A program made the translations under genes and the position numbers. A DNA stretch of 64,000 bases from Octopus bimaculoides (lineage: Eukaryota), in NCBI RefSeq assembly GCF_001194135.2, contig NC_068983.1:61008610-61072609 (forward strand), written 5' to 3'. This document shows positions 37,735-51,159 of this stretch, in pieces. The notes beneath the pieces are model-generated. The model was not told the origin of the DNA. It saw only the letters and a program-made list of their open reading frames with translations, and ran no database searches. Position 1 is the first letter of the stretch, and each line of letters begins with the position of its first letter.

Positions 37735-37780
<46 letters not shown>

Positions 37781-37949
37781 CAGACAGACGGGTGGACAGA
37801 TAGATAGATAGATAGATAGATATACAGACAGACGGACAGATAGATAGATAGACAGACAGGCAGACAGACAGGCGGGCGGACAGACAGACAGATAGATAGA
37901 TAGATAGATAGATAGATAGGCAGACAGACAGAAAAACAGACAGGCAGGT

Positions 37950-37980
<31 letters not shown>
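37733..37980. repeat. (TAGA)n/(CAGA)n compound microsatellite
   Basis: Direct reading. Confidence 0.95.
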
Positions 37981-37989
37981 TGACCGGCC

Positions 37990-38158
37990 TATGGGATTAT
38001 CTTGGGTTTCATGTCCCTAAAGCACTTAGCTTCACGGCGTTTCTTCAGATATTAAGAGCCGTTGGGCGTAGGCCAATGGAGGCCAACGGGTTTTAGTGTC
38101 TGAAGAAACGCCGTAAAGCTAAGCGCTTTATGGACGTGAAACCCAGGGTAACCTCATA
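37990..38158. repeat. Long hairpin with about 75-bp arms
   Basis: Left arm TATGGGATT..GCCGTTGG pairs with right arm CCAACGGG..CCTCATA around a loop of about 17 nt. Confidence 0.9.
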
Positions 38159-39245
38159 AACCAGCCATATTTATCTTTATCTATCTGTGTGTGTGTGTGC
38201 GTGTGTGCGTGCGTGCGTGCGTGTGCATGATGTAAGAGTCGTCTGTCCTGTGTATGAGGAATGTGGACCCACCTCTTAACTACTATTGTTTCCAGGTCTA
38301 CTCTGACCCGGGGTGATAGGACCAGTAAGGGTCCCAACTATGGTTAATTAGCGTGTTATGGAAGAACCTCCGAGCACAAACCCACTGCCCTGTGAGTGCC
38401 TTGGAAAAGGGAAAGATAGGGGTGTCAACCGCAACAGTAATCAAAGAGTGGAATACCTCAGGCAGTCCAGAGCCCTTTTTTGACACCCTTCCGGCAAATC
38501 CATGGTAGGTAGAGCTCTCCAGCTCTGCGAGGCAATCCACCCAGGAGAACGCTACTCCAATGTAAAGCCTACAGCTTGCTGTTTATCACAGCCAACTTTC
38601 ACTCTAAAACTAGTAAGCGCAGGCAGGAAGAAAAACCCTATTTACTCCAAGTGTACCCAGAATCTGTCATTTAAGATCTGTTTCATTGGTCAGTTCATGG
38701 CGTACCGCTCTTCTTCTTGATCTTCGCACACGAAGAAATGCATCATGTAAGAGCTGTAAAGTATACTGAAAATACATTAGCATTGTACAAATATTATCTG
38801 AGAACTCAAAATATTGCGCAGAGTGGATGGGTATGTTCATTATATTTTAGATGGCTTCACAACATCAGAACATCACCATTCAAAATGGTCTTGAAGCCAT
38901 CTAATGAGGTATCCGTTCAGAAGGCTGTAATATCATTTGATAAAAGAACATTTTACAATGAATTCGTATAACAAGGCTGAAACCTTAAATACCTTTACTC
39001 GAGGGCTCAAACATATACAATTGAACGATAAAGGAAGGAGTTTGATGAATGGAGGCCATGTTCATCTGCATTCTACCTCATGTCTGCTAGCTGGCGTGTG
39101 TTTTAAGAGAGCCATCTAGATCATATCTTTTCTCTCCGACATCTAGATGCCAAAAGAGGAAGTCGCAAGACTGCGTGTCAGAATCTCACTGCTGCTTGAG
39201 CCATCTAGCATACATACATACATACATACATACATACATACATAC

Positions 39246-39763
39246 AGAAACTGTGTACAGTAGTAGAAATCAGCTGTCTTGCGGATGTCAACATCCCACT
39301 AAAGATTAGAGAAAAAGAGAACAACTACGCCGAGCTACTGAGAAATTTACAGATACTCCACCCAGACTACAAGTTCAGATTCATACCCGTGATTGTTGGG
39401 GCATTGGGATATGTAACGAACTGCCTCAACAAAAACCTGGAAAAATTAGGGTTCTCAAAACCTGAAAGAAAAAGGCTGATTAGAAGACTACAGATTCAAG
39501 CCATCAATGGAACTGTAAAGATATGTAAAACTTTCCAAAAATTTAGCACATAAATACATATGCATGCATCTAGACATAAAAACGCATCCATAAAACAAAC
39601 ATACAAATCTGCGCATACACTAACACCAAATACTGCACACACACACATATGCACAAATACCTAGATGATGTTGATAAAAGTTCCAATGAAGGAGCCTTGA
39701 ATCTATGTTAGAGTCCGGCTCTTTCTCTATGGACAAGAAATACAGAAATGAAACTGATTGATA
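39246..39763 (+). mobile_element. 5'-truncated RLE non-LTR retrotransposon, copy 1
   Basis: VVEISCLADVNIPLKIREKENNYAELLRNLQ..FIPVIVGALGYV; (TACA)n on both sides. Confidence 0.8.
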
Positions 39764-39873
39764 ACATACATACATACATACATGCATGCATGCATACGTA
39801 CGTGCATATATGCATACGTACATACATACATACATACATACATACATACATACATACATACATACATACATAC

Positions 39874-40382
39874 AGTTGTGGAAATTAGCTACCCAGCGGA
39901 TGTTAACATAAAGCTAAAGATCGGCAAAAAAGAAAATACCTGTGTTGAATTATTGAGAAATCTACAGTTACTCTTCCCAGATTACAAGTTCAGGTTTATA
40001 CCTGTAATTATTGGAGCACTGGGATATATAACGCATTGCCTAAGTACCAAACTTAAGAAAGTAGGCTTCTCGAAACCAGAAAGGAAAATGCTGATTCGAA
40101 GACCTGGAACTGAACAAATCTGTAAAACTTTCCAGAAGTTTATCATTTAAGTATATATGTGCAGTTCTAGACATGCAACTATATGCATGAGAATACATAC
40201 ATTAAACATAGCATTCAAATCTGCACATGTACTGACTCCAAATACTGCACATGTAGACATACATGCACAAATACGCTGTTGATGTTGAAATTCCAATGAA
40301 GGAGCCTCGACTCTAGGTTAGAAACCGACTCTTTCCTTTATTTTTTCAAAAAACAATATTGAAATAAAACTGAATAATGAAA
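39874..40382 (+). mobile_element. 5'-truncated RLE non-LTR retrotransposon, copy 2
   Basis: VVEISYPADVNIKLKIGKKEN..FIPVIIGALGYI; same 3' UTR as copy 1; preceded by (TACA)n, followed by TACATACA. Confidence 0.8.
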
Positions 40383-40399
40383 TACATACACACACACAC

Positions 40400-40545
40400 A
40401 CGACGGGTTTCTTTCAGTTTTCGACTACCAAATCCACTCACAAGACTTTGGTCGGCCCGAGGCTATAGCAGAAGATACTTCTTGGACCCAGAACCATGTG
40501 GTCGGTAAGCAAGCTACTTACCACACATCCACTCCTGCGCAGATA
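40400..40545 (-). mobile_element. Long-family SINE 5' half
   Basis: Matches 30710-30870. Confidence 0.85.
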
Positions 40546-41682
40546 GATTCTGTTGGAAATTTATTTTCGTTGTTAGTTAGAATCATATTAAATATATGTG
40601 CAAATTTTATAAATTTTGGTAAATTTTTGCTCTCATTTTTAGTCTTACCATATATAGTCACATCATTTCAATAAGTATATATGTCGTGCCTTCCAGCTTG
40701 TTTTCACGAAAAAAGGTAGTCTATAATTCTTTGGGGAAAAAAAAAAACTCACAGTATTATTTGTAAGACTGAAACTAAAGCTTTCCAGCTGAAATACTTG
40801 GCCAGTTGTAAATATTGTCGGGACGCAACACAGCACAGTGATTCGCACAGTGTCCGTTGATAGTATTAAATACTTGTATGAATATATTTTCTTACTTCAG
40901 TCATCTAATTTGGGCAGCTAGCTATCATATAGATGAATTTATTGATAGTTTCTAAGAAATCAACTAACCCCCATTTGCTGTTACCGTTTATTTGTAATTT
41001 GTGCTCGTCAGAGTTTGTCATTTGGCTCGATGTACATCAAAATAAGTAGCAAAACTAAAGCTATCTGAGAATAAATAAAGCTGTTGTTTCCAACACTCTT
41101 TAATGATAACAAAACCAGATACCAAATCAAAAGGATAATAATAATCTTTCTAAAACGCACGGTCAGCAACATTTGAGGAAAATAAATGTAAATTACTTGA
41201 AAATGTACGAGCGTAAAAATTGAAAATTTCAAAATATGTTAGAAATTATGCAATCAATATTTATGTTGTGATACTTCTTATAAAATGTTTATTTGAATAC
41301 ATTTTCTGGTTACGTATTCGTTTCTGTACGTTTCTATTTGAAACGTTCAGTGTACATATGATTTGAGGAGAGCACGTGTATATCAGCTGGGTTTTATTGA
41401 AAGTTGTATGCAGCTTGCTCATCTAGAAGAGCACAATCTGTTGTGGAGTCTGCATATGAGGGAGGGAGACAGACAGACAGACAGACAGACAGACAGCACA
41501 AATTACAGCCAGAAGAATTTCAAACCCAAAAGCCCGAATAACTTACCTGCAATGGAACCCATCTGATGATAACCTGAATGACTTGCCTCAACAAGGGAGA
41601 GATAAAGAAGAAAGGAAAAATTTAAATCTAAAACTCAGAAGCTTATATAAGCTGGTTAAATTAAAGTTTCAAACCAGTTACA

Positions 41683-41717
<35 letters not shown>

Positions 41718-42019
41718 CACCAAACCTAAAGATCACCCATACACCAACAACGTCCCAGTACCAGGCATAACCACCCCATAACAACCCAAAACAACGCTAG
41801 GATAAGAAACACACCACATGCTAGTCACTACTACCCTATGACCGAAAATTATTGGTCCCCACAGAACCAAAGAACAACACAAAATAACACTAGATCAAGA
41901 AACATCCCACATACTAGAANNNNNNNNNNNNNNNNNNNNNNNNNNNNNNNNNNNNNNNNNNNNNNNNNNNNNNNNNNNNNNNNNNNNNNNNNNNNNNNNN
42001 NNNNNNNNNNNNNNNNNNN

Positions 42020-42056
42020 TTCCTAAATCATGTGGGATATTTGTGTATAGGCTTAC
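42020..42056 (-). pseudogene. PLE RT fragment next to a gap
   Basis: SLYTNIPHDLG motif. Confidence 0.5.
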
Positions 42057-42069
42057 TATATATATATAT

Positions 42070-42408
42070 TGCTGCTCTTGAGACCCCCTTCGGTCATGAC
42101 TGACCATGAGATTGCACCTAGAAAGTTACCCTCCCAGGCACACGTCTGGGCAAGGTTGTTTATTGACGACCAGCAGTCGCCCATGCATACCGTCCTCTCC
42201 TCTCCATGCCACCAGTGTTATCTAAGGGAAAGGCAAAGGGGCCGATACATCTTGACACCAGTGATGTCTAAAGCTGAGTGAACTGGAGCAACGTGAAATG
42301 AAGTGTCTTGCTCAGAACACAACACGCAGCCCGGTCCGAGATTCGAACTCACAACCTTACGATCGTAAGCTCGACGCTCTAATCAGTGAGCCATGCGGCT
42401 TCACACAC
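42070..42408 (-). mobile_element. tRNA-derived SINE with probable RTE-type 3' tail
   Basis: Head GCATGGCTCACTGATTAGAGCG..GAGTTCGAATCTC; TGAGCAAGACACTT central module; tail AACCTTGCCCAGAC..GGTCAGTCATGACC. Confidence 0.75.
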
Positions 42409-42427
42409 GCACACGCACACACACACG

Positions 42428-42469
<42 letters not shown>

Positions 42470-42614
42470 CATACATACATTCATACATGCAAATATACAT
42501 GCATACATACACATATATATACATATATGTATGCATATACATGCATTGCGTACATACATATATATAATTACATACACATATATAGACAGACAAACAGACA
42601 TACAGACACACAAT

Positions 42615-42671
<57 letters not shown>

Positions 42672-43668
42672 GTAGGTACGTAGATAGTATGTAAATGTGG
42701 GGGTCTGTAGGTGTGTACTCTTAACAAGTCCACATTACGGTATGTTTAAATGGTAGATGGGAAAATATATTTGTGTTCTAGACTGGAAATTGTCATATAC
42801 TTCTCAAATGCGTTGTATTGAATATACTGTAATTAGATAAAAGTAATTCTGAGGATGTCAAAGCTGTTTTGAAGAAAGACTTTAAGTGCTTTTACTTATT
42901 GCTGAAAATATTTCTTCAATAATCGGAGCAAGCTGTTAGGAATAAATGCAGTTTCGCCAACAAAAATTATCTTAATCACCTTTTAGTTTTAGAATCGATA
43001 TTATTGTCTCCGAAATTCATTTACATATTTCATTCTTCTGGATAAAGTCATAAAACTAAAACCGCCAATAATAACTGGAAATCTTGACTAATATTAAATG
43101 TCTCTGACGTAAGCAGCGTTCATGCATTTCGTCTTAACTTTCATGTTTTTATGACTATTCATCGAAGGATATAGCTGTATGACAAAGTGATTGTGTTTAT
43201 AACGGACTTAGAATGTTTTCTTTTTTTTTATTTATGCTAACAATATTGTATTTTAATAAAACTTTCGTGCTCTCATGTTACGTAAGCAATATTAGAACTC
43301 ACTCTTCTTTTATTTCAGCGTCCTTGTCAATAAGGAAGATTTATATCAATGTTTTATGTCTCAATATGAAATTGTAAATCAGACCAAATATAGATATTGA
43401 ACAATCATCGATAATTTTCCCTGCCGGTGTAAGAATTGGTGAGAAGTATCAGTTTTTATTTTAACTACTATTTAGAAATTAGACTGTGAATCGTCATACA
43501 ATTATATGAAGTTTTAAACGTTTCCTTTTAAAATGACTGGTTTAGGAAATGAGCACCATTAACTGCTCTGTATACTTCACTAGTATAATTTCGAGACGTT
43601 TTCAAGTTGGTAGAAATCATCTCACGATAATACGTATTAAGGTGTGCATTGCGCGTGTATGTGAAAGT

Positions 43669-43704
<36 letters not shown>

Positions 43705-44336
43705 ACACACACACATACACACACACACGCATATGTATATATATATGTATATATATATATATATANNNNNNNNNNNNNNNNNNNNNNNNNNNNNNNNNNN
43801 NNNNNNNNNNNNNNNNNNNNNNNNNNNNNNNNNNNNNNNNNNNNNNNNNNNNNNNNNNNNNNNNNNNNNNNNNNNNNNNNNNNNNNNNNNNNNNNNNNNN
43901 NNNNNNNNNNNNNNNNNNNNNNNNNNNNNNNNNNNNNNNNNNNNNNNNNNNNNNNNNNNNNNNNNNNNNNNNNNNNNNNNNNNNNNGAAAAATTAAATTT
44001 TGGTAAATTTAAAAGAAAAGTCCTTTTAAAGACATATTTGTATAGTATTCAAATAACAGCGGCATTTTTCTTGCTTCTGCCTGTCTCTGTCTCACTTGTT
44101 AACTCTTGTGGTTTCGAAGGAGGACTGCTATGATAGTAGCAGTGTTAATTGGTTGGGTGTCCTGACATTGACCTGTTGATGGACGTAGTGATCTGTATTG
44201 TTTATAATGTTTGCGTGGGTGTTATTCTAGACAGCAGTAGTAAGAGAAGAGGTGGTGGAAAGGAATAAGATGACGGAGAAGATGAGGGATGGGGAGAAGG
44301 AGAGAAATAGTAAAATGCAGGAAAGTGTGATAGTAA

Positions 44337-45115
44337 CTAGTCGAGTAATGATTGGGGTTGTTTTTTTATATTTATTATTATTTTTTTTATAATTCCTTGC
44401 GTATCTATTTGGAGTTTATCATTTTTAATATTTGTGTGTGTCGTGGTAGATATGTCATTCGTTGTAGATGGGTTCAGAAGGGGTCTGTATTTTGTGATGA
44501 AGAGATATTCTTTACTTATTCTTTGGCTGTAGGATGTATTGTCTCTGAATTGGTAGAGGGGAAAGATTCTGAAACTAGGATTTTTATTATTGGCGCAAAT
44601 GGCGATGTGTTGACTGACTGCTAATTTTCTGTTTTGGGGAATTTTTATTTGGGATTTGTGCAGAGCCATCCGTTGACGCAGGCTGTTTTTTGTTTGGCCT
44701 ATGTACTGCTCTTGACACCCAGAGCAGGTCAATGCGTATATCAGGTTCTCCGAAGTACATGTGAAGTTGCTTTTCACTTTGAAATTATGTCCCAGTTTGA
44801 AGGAGAACTCTGATCCCTGAATTAGATTGATGCATATTCCGCAGTTTTTTACTGACACATTTTTTTACTGAGGGCTTCAGTGTTTTTGATGAGGGTATTC
44901 GGGCTTGTGTAAGGAGACTTTTCAAAGATTTGGGCTGTCTCTTGCTTTTTATAATGGTGTGTGTTTGGAGGGTTCAGTTCATTCTCTTGTCCTTTTTTAG
45001 CAGGGGAATGTTTTGAAGTATGGTGTCGAAGGCTTCGTTGTTAAGAGAGTTGTATGTGGAAATGTATGGTAGGGCTTTTATTTTGTAAGACCTTCTTTAA
45101 TTTGGGATGTCTGAG
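44337..45115 (-). mobile_element. PLE 3' fragment with GIY-YIG endonuclease (Neptune-like)
   Basis: FTCTSENLIYALTCSGCQEQYIGQTKNSLRQRMALHK..VSQH..KEYLFITKYRPLLN. Confidence 0.85.
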
Positions 45116-45640
45116 TTCGTATATATATATATATATATATNNNNNNNNNNNNNNNNNNNNNNNNNNNNNNNNNNNNNNNNNNNNNNNNNNNNNNNNNNNN
45201 NNNNNNNNNNNNNNNNNNNNNNNNNNNNNNNNNNNNNNNNNNNNNNNNNNNTATATACAGAAATGTTTTGAATATATACATATTTATGTCTATATATATA
45301 TGTACGTGTGTGTTGTGCGTGCTTGTGTGTGTGCATCCTGTCCATAATATGGTTCACCATACGGTATTTTCAGTCTAAATGCTGTCGCTAAATATCAACA
45401 TCAATACCGCGTGACCTTTCTCGGTCAATCGTAGGCTAATATCCAGTAATAATTACTGACTCTCTTCAATCGAACCCTCATTCAGACACCAATGGGCAAA
45501 GACTAGCCAGCCGCTTGAAACTCAGAGTACCAAGGATTCTGAATAAAACTGTTTTGATCTATACATGTAACTCCCAATAAATGTTGTGAGTGCCCCTCTT
45601 TTGTTTGTACACTCACTCGCTTATATGTATATATACATGC

Positions 45641-45690
<50 letters not shown>

Positions 45691-47299
45691 ATGTGTGTGT
45701 GTGTGTATGTATGTATGTATAGCATTTCTTTTAACCGTGGATACGTCCTCAATATGATTGTGTCTCAAGCTACTGCTATCTAGCACCTTCAGATGACCTC
45801 TACTCGACTGCTCCTCGTCAGCTGCTCAACCCCTCTACCACGGCTAGACTACCTCTATTTTTATGTCTTGGGTGATCGTACTTCTTCGCTTGGGGGCGTC
45901 GACATAACACTTTCTAAGTGTTTATTTCCTTCACACATCTCGTGGCATAATAAATATCTTTTTTGCCAGATGGCCAGTTGCAATAACAAATCTCAAAACT
46001 GATGTCGAAGGAAGTGTACAATGGGAGGTATACGTTTTCTTTTACTTAGTGAATGTAAATCTTAAAAACCAAATATGACGCAGATTGTAATATTTTTCAT
46101 AGAAATCAGAAAATTCCTGCTGATTCGTTTTTATATTTCGTCTCAATGCGATACCAGCATATTTCATATTCGAACATTAATAAAATGTGCACAAACATCA
46201 ATATCGATAATTTTGTTTACCAAAACATATTTTGTTGTCGCTATCCTTATAGATTGTAATGTATCTGGGTCAATGAAAGTTAATGAAAAGTATAAGACAC
46301 AAAATATACAAAGGATATATGTTTGTGCTTTGCATCATTAAGATACAGTTGGTATATTTTTGAAGACTTGCTGTATTAGATGTTATGAATATGAAATAGG
46401 TTGTTGAAAATGCATACTTTTGTTCTATTGGTGTTTATATATATATANNNNNNNNNNNNNNNNNNNNNNNNNNNNNNNNNNNNNNNNNNNNNNNNNNNNN
46501 NNNNNNNNNNNNNNNNNNNNNNNNNNNNNNNNNNNNNNNNNNNNNNNNNNNNNNNNNNNNNNNNNNNNNNNNNNNNNNNNNNNNNNNNNNNNNNNNNNNN
46601 NNNNNNNNTATATATATATATATATATATGCAGACACATACATATATATATGTATATATAGTGAGAATGAGGGTGGAGAAGGAGAGAGAGAAAGAGAGAG
46701 GTGACGGAATCATTTTATTTAATTAAACGTTCATTTTCAAGTATTATATGATTATCTTCTATGCACCTGCAAGAAAGCTTTGAGTCTTATTGCCTGGGAA
46801 AGGTAAGCTGTAGTACGTTAAAAATCATATCATTAAGCTAAGTTTCATATAGTCAAGCAAATTTAATTTCAAGAGTTTCATATGACTTACAGTAAGATAT
46901 GTTTTAGCAGATACTTTGAATACCTTAATCGGTTTGGGACATATTTTCTAACATTCTAAAAATGTTGACCTAAATATTTAAGGTAGGATACTTGTACAGT
47001 TTTATGGAACATCTGGACGGTACAGACCTGCTTTTCGTACTTTATCTATAGTTTTCGTTCACAACATTTGTTTTCTTTCTCCACGTGTGTGCATGCGTTT
47101 ATGCGTATATATGCATTTATGCAAAAGTGCATAAATATATATATATGTATGTGTGTGTATGTGTGTGCGCGTTTGTTTGTGTGTTGTTGTTATTGTGTGT
47201 ATATAGTAAATCTAAAAACACGAACAACAAACACAGAAAAAACAACAACGTGAGGACGTGTAAAGCATTAGCAGACGCTCAGGGAAAGAAAGAAAGATG

Positions 47300-47335
47300 G
47301 TTTAACGTTTCGAGCAAAGCTCTTCTTCAGAAAAA
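47300..47335 (-). ncRNA. Minimal hammerhead motif in a short repeat (47215-47340)
   Basis: TTT-CTGAAGA-A-GAGC[ttt]GCTC-GAAAC-GTT-AAA; core intact, stem I only 3 bp. Confidence 0.6.
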
Positions 47336-48370
47336 GAGGAAAGTCCAATAGAAAAGGAAAATGGAAGTAAAAATTGCCAACTATTCACTTGTAGTTATAC
47401 CCGCATTAAAATGGTATAGTTTGTAGTTTGTATATTTGAATGTGTGTGTGTATATATACATACATACATCTAAATATATATATATATATATATATATAAA
47501 TGTATTTACGTGAAAGAAAATTATCGGAGACGTAATACGTGTTGTCTACAAATACTGATAATATGTGCTATTATCAGGATGTTGACGACAAAATGTGTTG
47601 TCTCGCACACAATGACAGGTTCCAAATCCTGTTTCCTGGCTGGGTGAAAATGTTGAAACTTTAAACCACTGTAACTTTTTTTAAAACATTTTTCTGAAAA
47701 GATTAAATAACTCCAGTAGTTTGAGTAAGTGTATTATTGTGCCAAATTAAAAAATGTTTGTAAACTTTAATTTTTGAAACGCCGGCAGCCAAACCTGTAA
47801 GATCCTGTGTATGAAATATATTGTTTCAATCGAAATGAATATAACATTTCGTATTGACACTGATGCTCCCCATCCACGTACATAAAGTATGTTTAATAAC
47901 GTACATAACATGGAATGACACACACAATAAAAGTCGAAATGAAAATAAAATTTCGCATTGGCACTGACATATAATGTACTTAATAGCGTACCTAATGTAC
48001 TTAATAGCGTACCTAATACGCAGAAAGACACACATTGTGAGACATATACAAACTCATAAACTTACACACGTGCATTCACAGACATATAAACAGTCATATA
48101 TAAAATGTGACATCGTTGTGGTGGTGGTGGCTAGAAATAAAAGTAAACGTATAAAAGTGAAATAATATATCTCATTACAATATATATCTTATTCTTTCAC
48201 TTTAATTCTTTGATATTTGACATGTAACACAGAACCAATGCCAATCTTCCATTGCTTTAATCCAAATGACAGAAAAAAACAGCACGCTGACATTCACGGG
48301 GTCTGATATTATTATCATGTATATACGGCAGTCTGCTTTCAGTTTCCGTGTACGAAATGCACCCAGAAGG

Positions 48371-48413
<43 letters not shown>

Positions 48414-48739
48414 TACACACACACACACACACATACACACACATACACACACATACATACAAATATATATATACATATATGTATGTATATATATATACAC
48501 ATATATGTATATGTATATACTATAGTCTCAGGGCGACTAAACTTTCTGAGTGACTTTTGTACACGGAAACTGAAAGCATACATAGACATATTTCGACATA
48601 TATATATATATATATATGTATATAGATAGATATATGTAATCAATCCAAATAAAAACAAGCAAGAAAAAAACAACAACGCGAGGACGTGGTACAAGTACTG
48701 TGTTATTGGACGCTAAGGAAAAGAAAGAAAAGAAAGAGG

Positions 48740-48774
48740 ATTTCACGTTTCGAGCGGAGCTTTTCATCAGAAAT
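48740..48774 (-). ncRNA. Probably inactive hammerhead motif in a related repeat (48655-48775)
   Basis: ATTT-CTGATGA-A-AAGC[tcc]GCTC-GAAAC-GTG-AAAT; GUG is not a canonical NUH cleavage triplet. Confidence 0.5.
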
Positions 48775-49392
48775 ATACAAAAAATGCAAAGAAAGAAAGA
48801 CGGAGAAAGAAAACGATACACACGCAGTCACATATTGAAATGACCGGAAAGGAATGAGTGAAGAAAAAGTTTTTTTCTAAGTGAGGAGAGGGCAAGAGAA
48901 GGAGGTATGTGTGTGTATGTGTGGGTGTGTGCGTGTGTGAGGTATGTGTGTGCGTGTGTAATGATGGCATGTGTGTGTGCGTACGTGTCTGTGGTTGTGG
49001 CTCTGTATGTATGTGCGTGGTTGGACTTTGTGTCGCTTAATATCGTAGGTAGATTTTATAGCAAGAATTTTTGTAGGAGTGGCTGCCTGCTGTGTGTCAC
49101 ACTTCACATGTGCGTAGGGGAATGGTCAGTAGAAAGGTGTTTAACTGGAGGTTTGAAGTAAGTGCTGCGTTCGTGTGTGTATACGTTGTGTGTGTGGTTT
49201 ATGTGCAGTGTGTGTCTTTGTGTGCATGTGCGTGTATGTGTGTGTACGTGTGTGTATGTGTGTAGCGTGAGGTCGTGTGTGTTTTGTCTGTGGAGTAAAC
49301 GTACGCTACTCTGTGTGTGGGCGTTGCGTNNNNNNNNNNNNNNNNNNNNNNNNNNNNNNNNNNNNNNNNNNNNNNNNNNNNNNNTGTGTATA

Positions 49393-49524
49393 TGTGGCTG
49401 ATTAAAGAAGCTTGCTTACCAAACGTGGTCTGGGGTTCAGTCCCGCTGTGTGGAACCTTGGGCAAGAATCTTCTACTATAGCTTTGAGCCGACTAAAGCC
49501 TTGTGAGTGGATTTATATATTAGT

Positions 49525-49559
<35 letters not shown>

Positions 49560-49800
49560 TTGTGAGAGTCTGTGTGTTTATGCGTGTGTGTGAGTGTCTT
49601 TGTGGCTGTGTTTGTCCCACTCATCATCTCTTGACAACCAGTGTTGGTGTGTAACATAGCAGTTCGGCAATAGAAACCGATAGTATAAGTGCAATGCTTA
49701 TAAAAAAAAATAAGTCCTGTGTTCGATACATTCCCCTAAAAATTCTTCACGGCGGTGCCCCAGTATGGCCACAGTCTGTTGACTGAAACAGATGAAAGAG
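49393..49800 (+). mobile_element. Long-family SINE
   Basis: Head, CCTTGGGCAAG module, internal microsatellite and GGCGGTGCCCCAGTATGGCC tail module. Confidence 0.85.
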
Positions 49801-51159
49801 AAAAGATATATATTGGAACCACAAATTGGTTAAAGGTTAACTGCTGCTGCTTCAGCCGCGTTTTTTATTTATCTATAATTCGATTACAACATGGAAGAAC
49901 CGTTTTCTTCAGGTCACCCTCCCATTTAGGAATCATTGAAGAAAGAGAAAACACACCGAGTCTTAGCTCGGTGTGAAGTATATGAGATATTAAATTGTCC
50001 GGATAACATACTTAATAAGGCATGGGAACTTAAAATGAAATGCTTACCTAGCATTCAACGGACATTCGATTACTGATAAGAATTGTCTATTGATACCAAA
50101 CTTTCTATCTTCCTCAACGTTAATTCTGTATTACTCTAAACCGTGTTGTACCTCTGTTATCGGCGTTACGATTACATTACATAATATAATGTAATATATG
50201 ACTTCATTGACGGCCTCTGTCATTTATATTTATATTTGTATTTATAATTGTCTCGCTTCCTAACTTTATACATGATTCTCATATTCTAATTCTCTATTAC
50301 TTTTAATTCATCCACAATATGTTATTACATTTTTATTTGTTTATTTACATTTTCATATTCTTTTTATGTTCTTTTATATTTATCTAATATTTTTTATATT
50401 CTTATTTACATATTATGGTGTATTTTCATTCCTTGGATATATTCCAAATTACCATGTTTTTATAATATCATGATGCGTACAGGAATTTAAAACTTCGCAA
50501 CACATTTTAACTATAGATGCGCATATGCATGTGTTGGTAAACATATATGTATTTGTCAGCCTGTGTGTGCATATATATGTATGTTTGTGTTTCTATATGC
50601 GTGTGTATTGTATATATATGTGCATATGTATGTGCTTGAGTATGTATATGTATATATGTGTCTGTGAGTATGTATATGTACCTAAATGTATGTATGTAGT
50701 CAAATATTCGTGGGTTATTTTTACTTATGGATGTATAGCTACGTATTATGTGAATTTGCTTCATCCCATACTCTGGGGTCTCTTTATTTGAATATTTGAT
50801 TACATCTTTCATCGGTATGAACTCTATCATATTATATATTGATATCTTTGTCGATGTTACTCTGCTTGATGTTATAATTATTGCTGCTACCATAGCAATT
50901 GTACGTAACTTTCGTATGGGTGTACATGTGTGTGTGTGCGCGCGTGGGTGTAAGTGTGCATGTGTGTAAATGTATGTGTTGATGTATGTATACATATTGA
51001 TGCTTATATACATGCATGTCTATGTATATGCGCATATGTATATTCCAAGTGTATGTTGTACATGCATGTAGGTTTACATGTTTTTTGCTTAGATATTACA
51101 TTATACTTTATGCACATGTAATCGTGTATTTGTGTATTTAGCTATAGTATGTATATATA

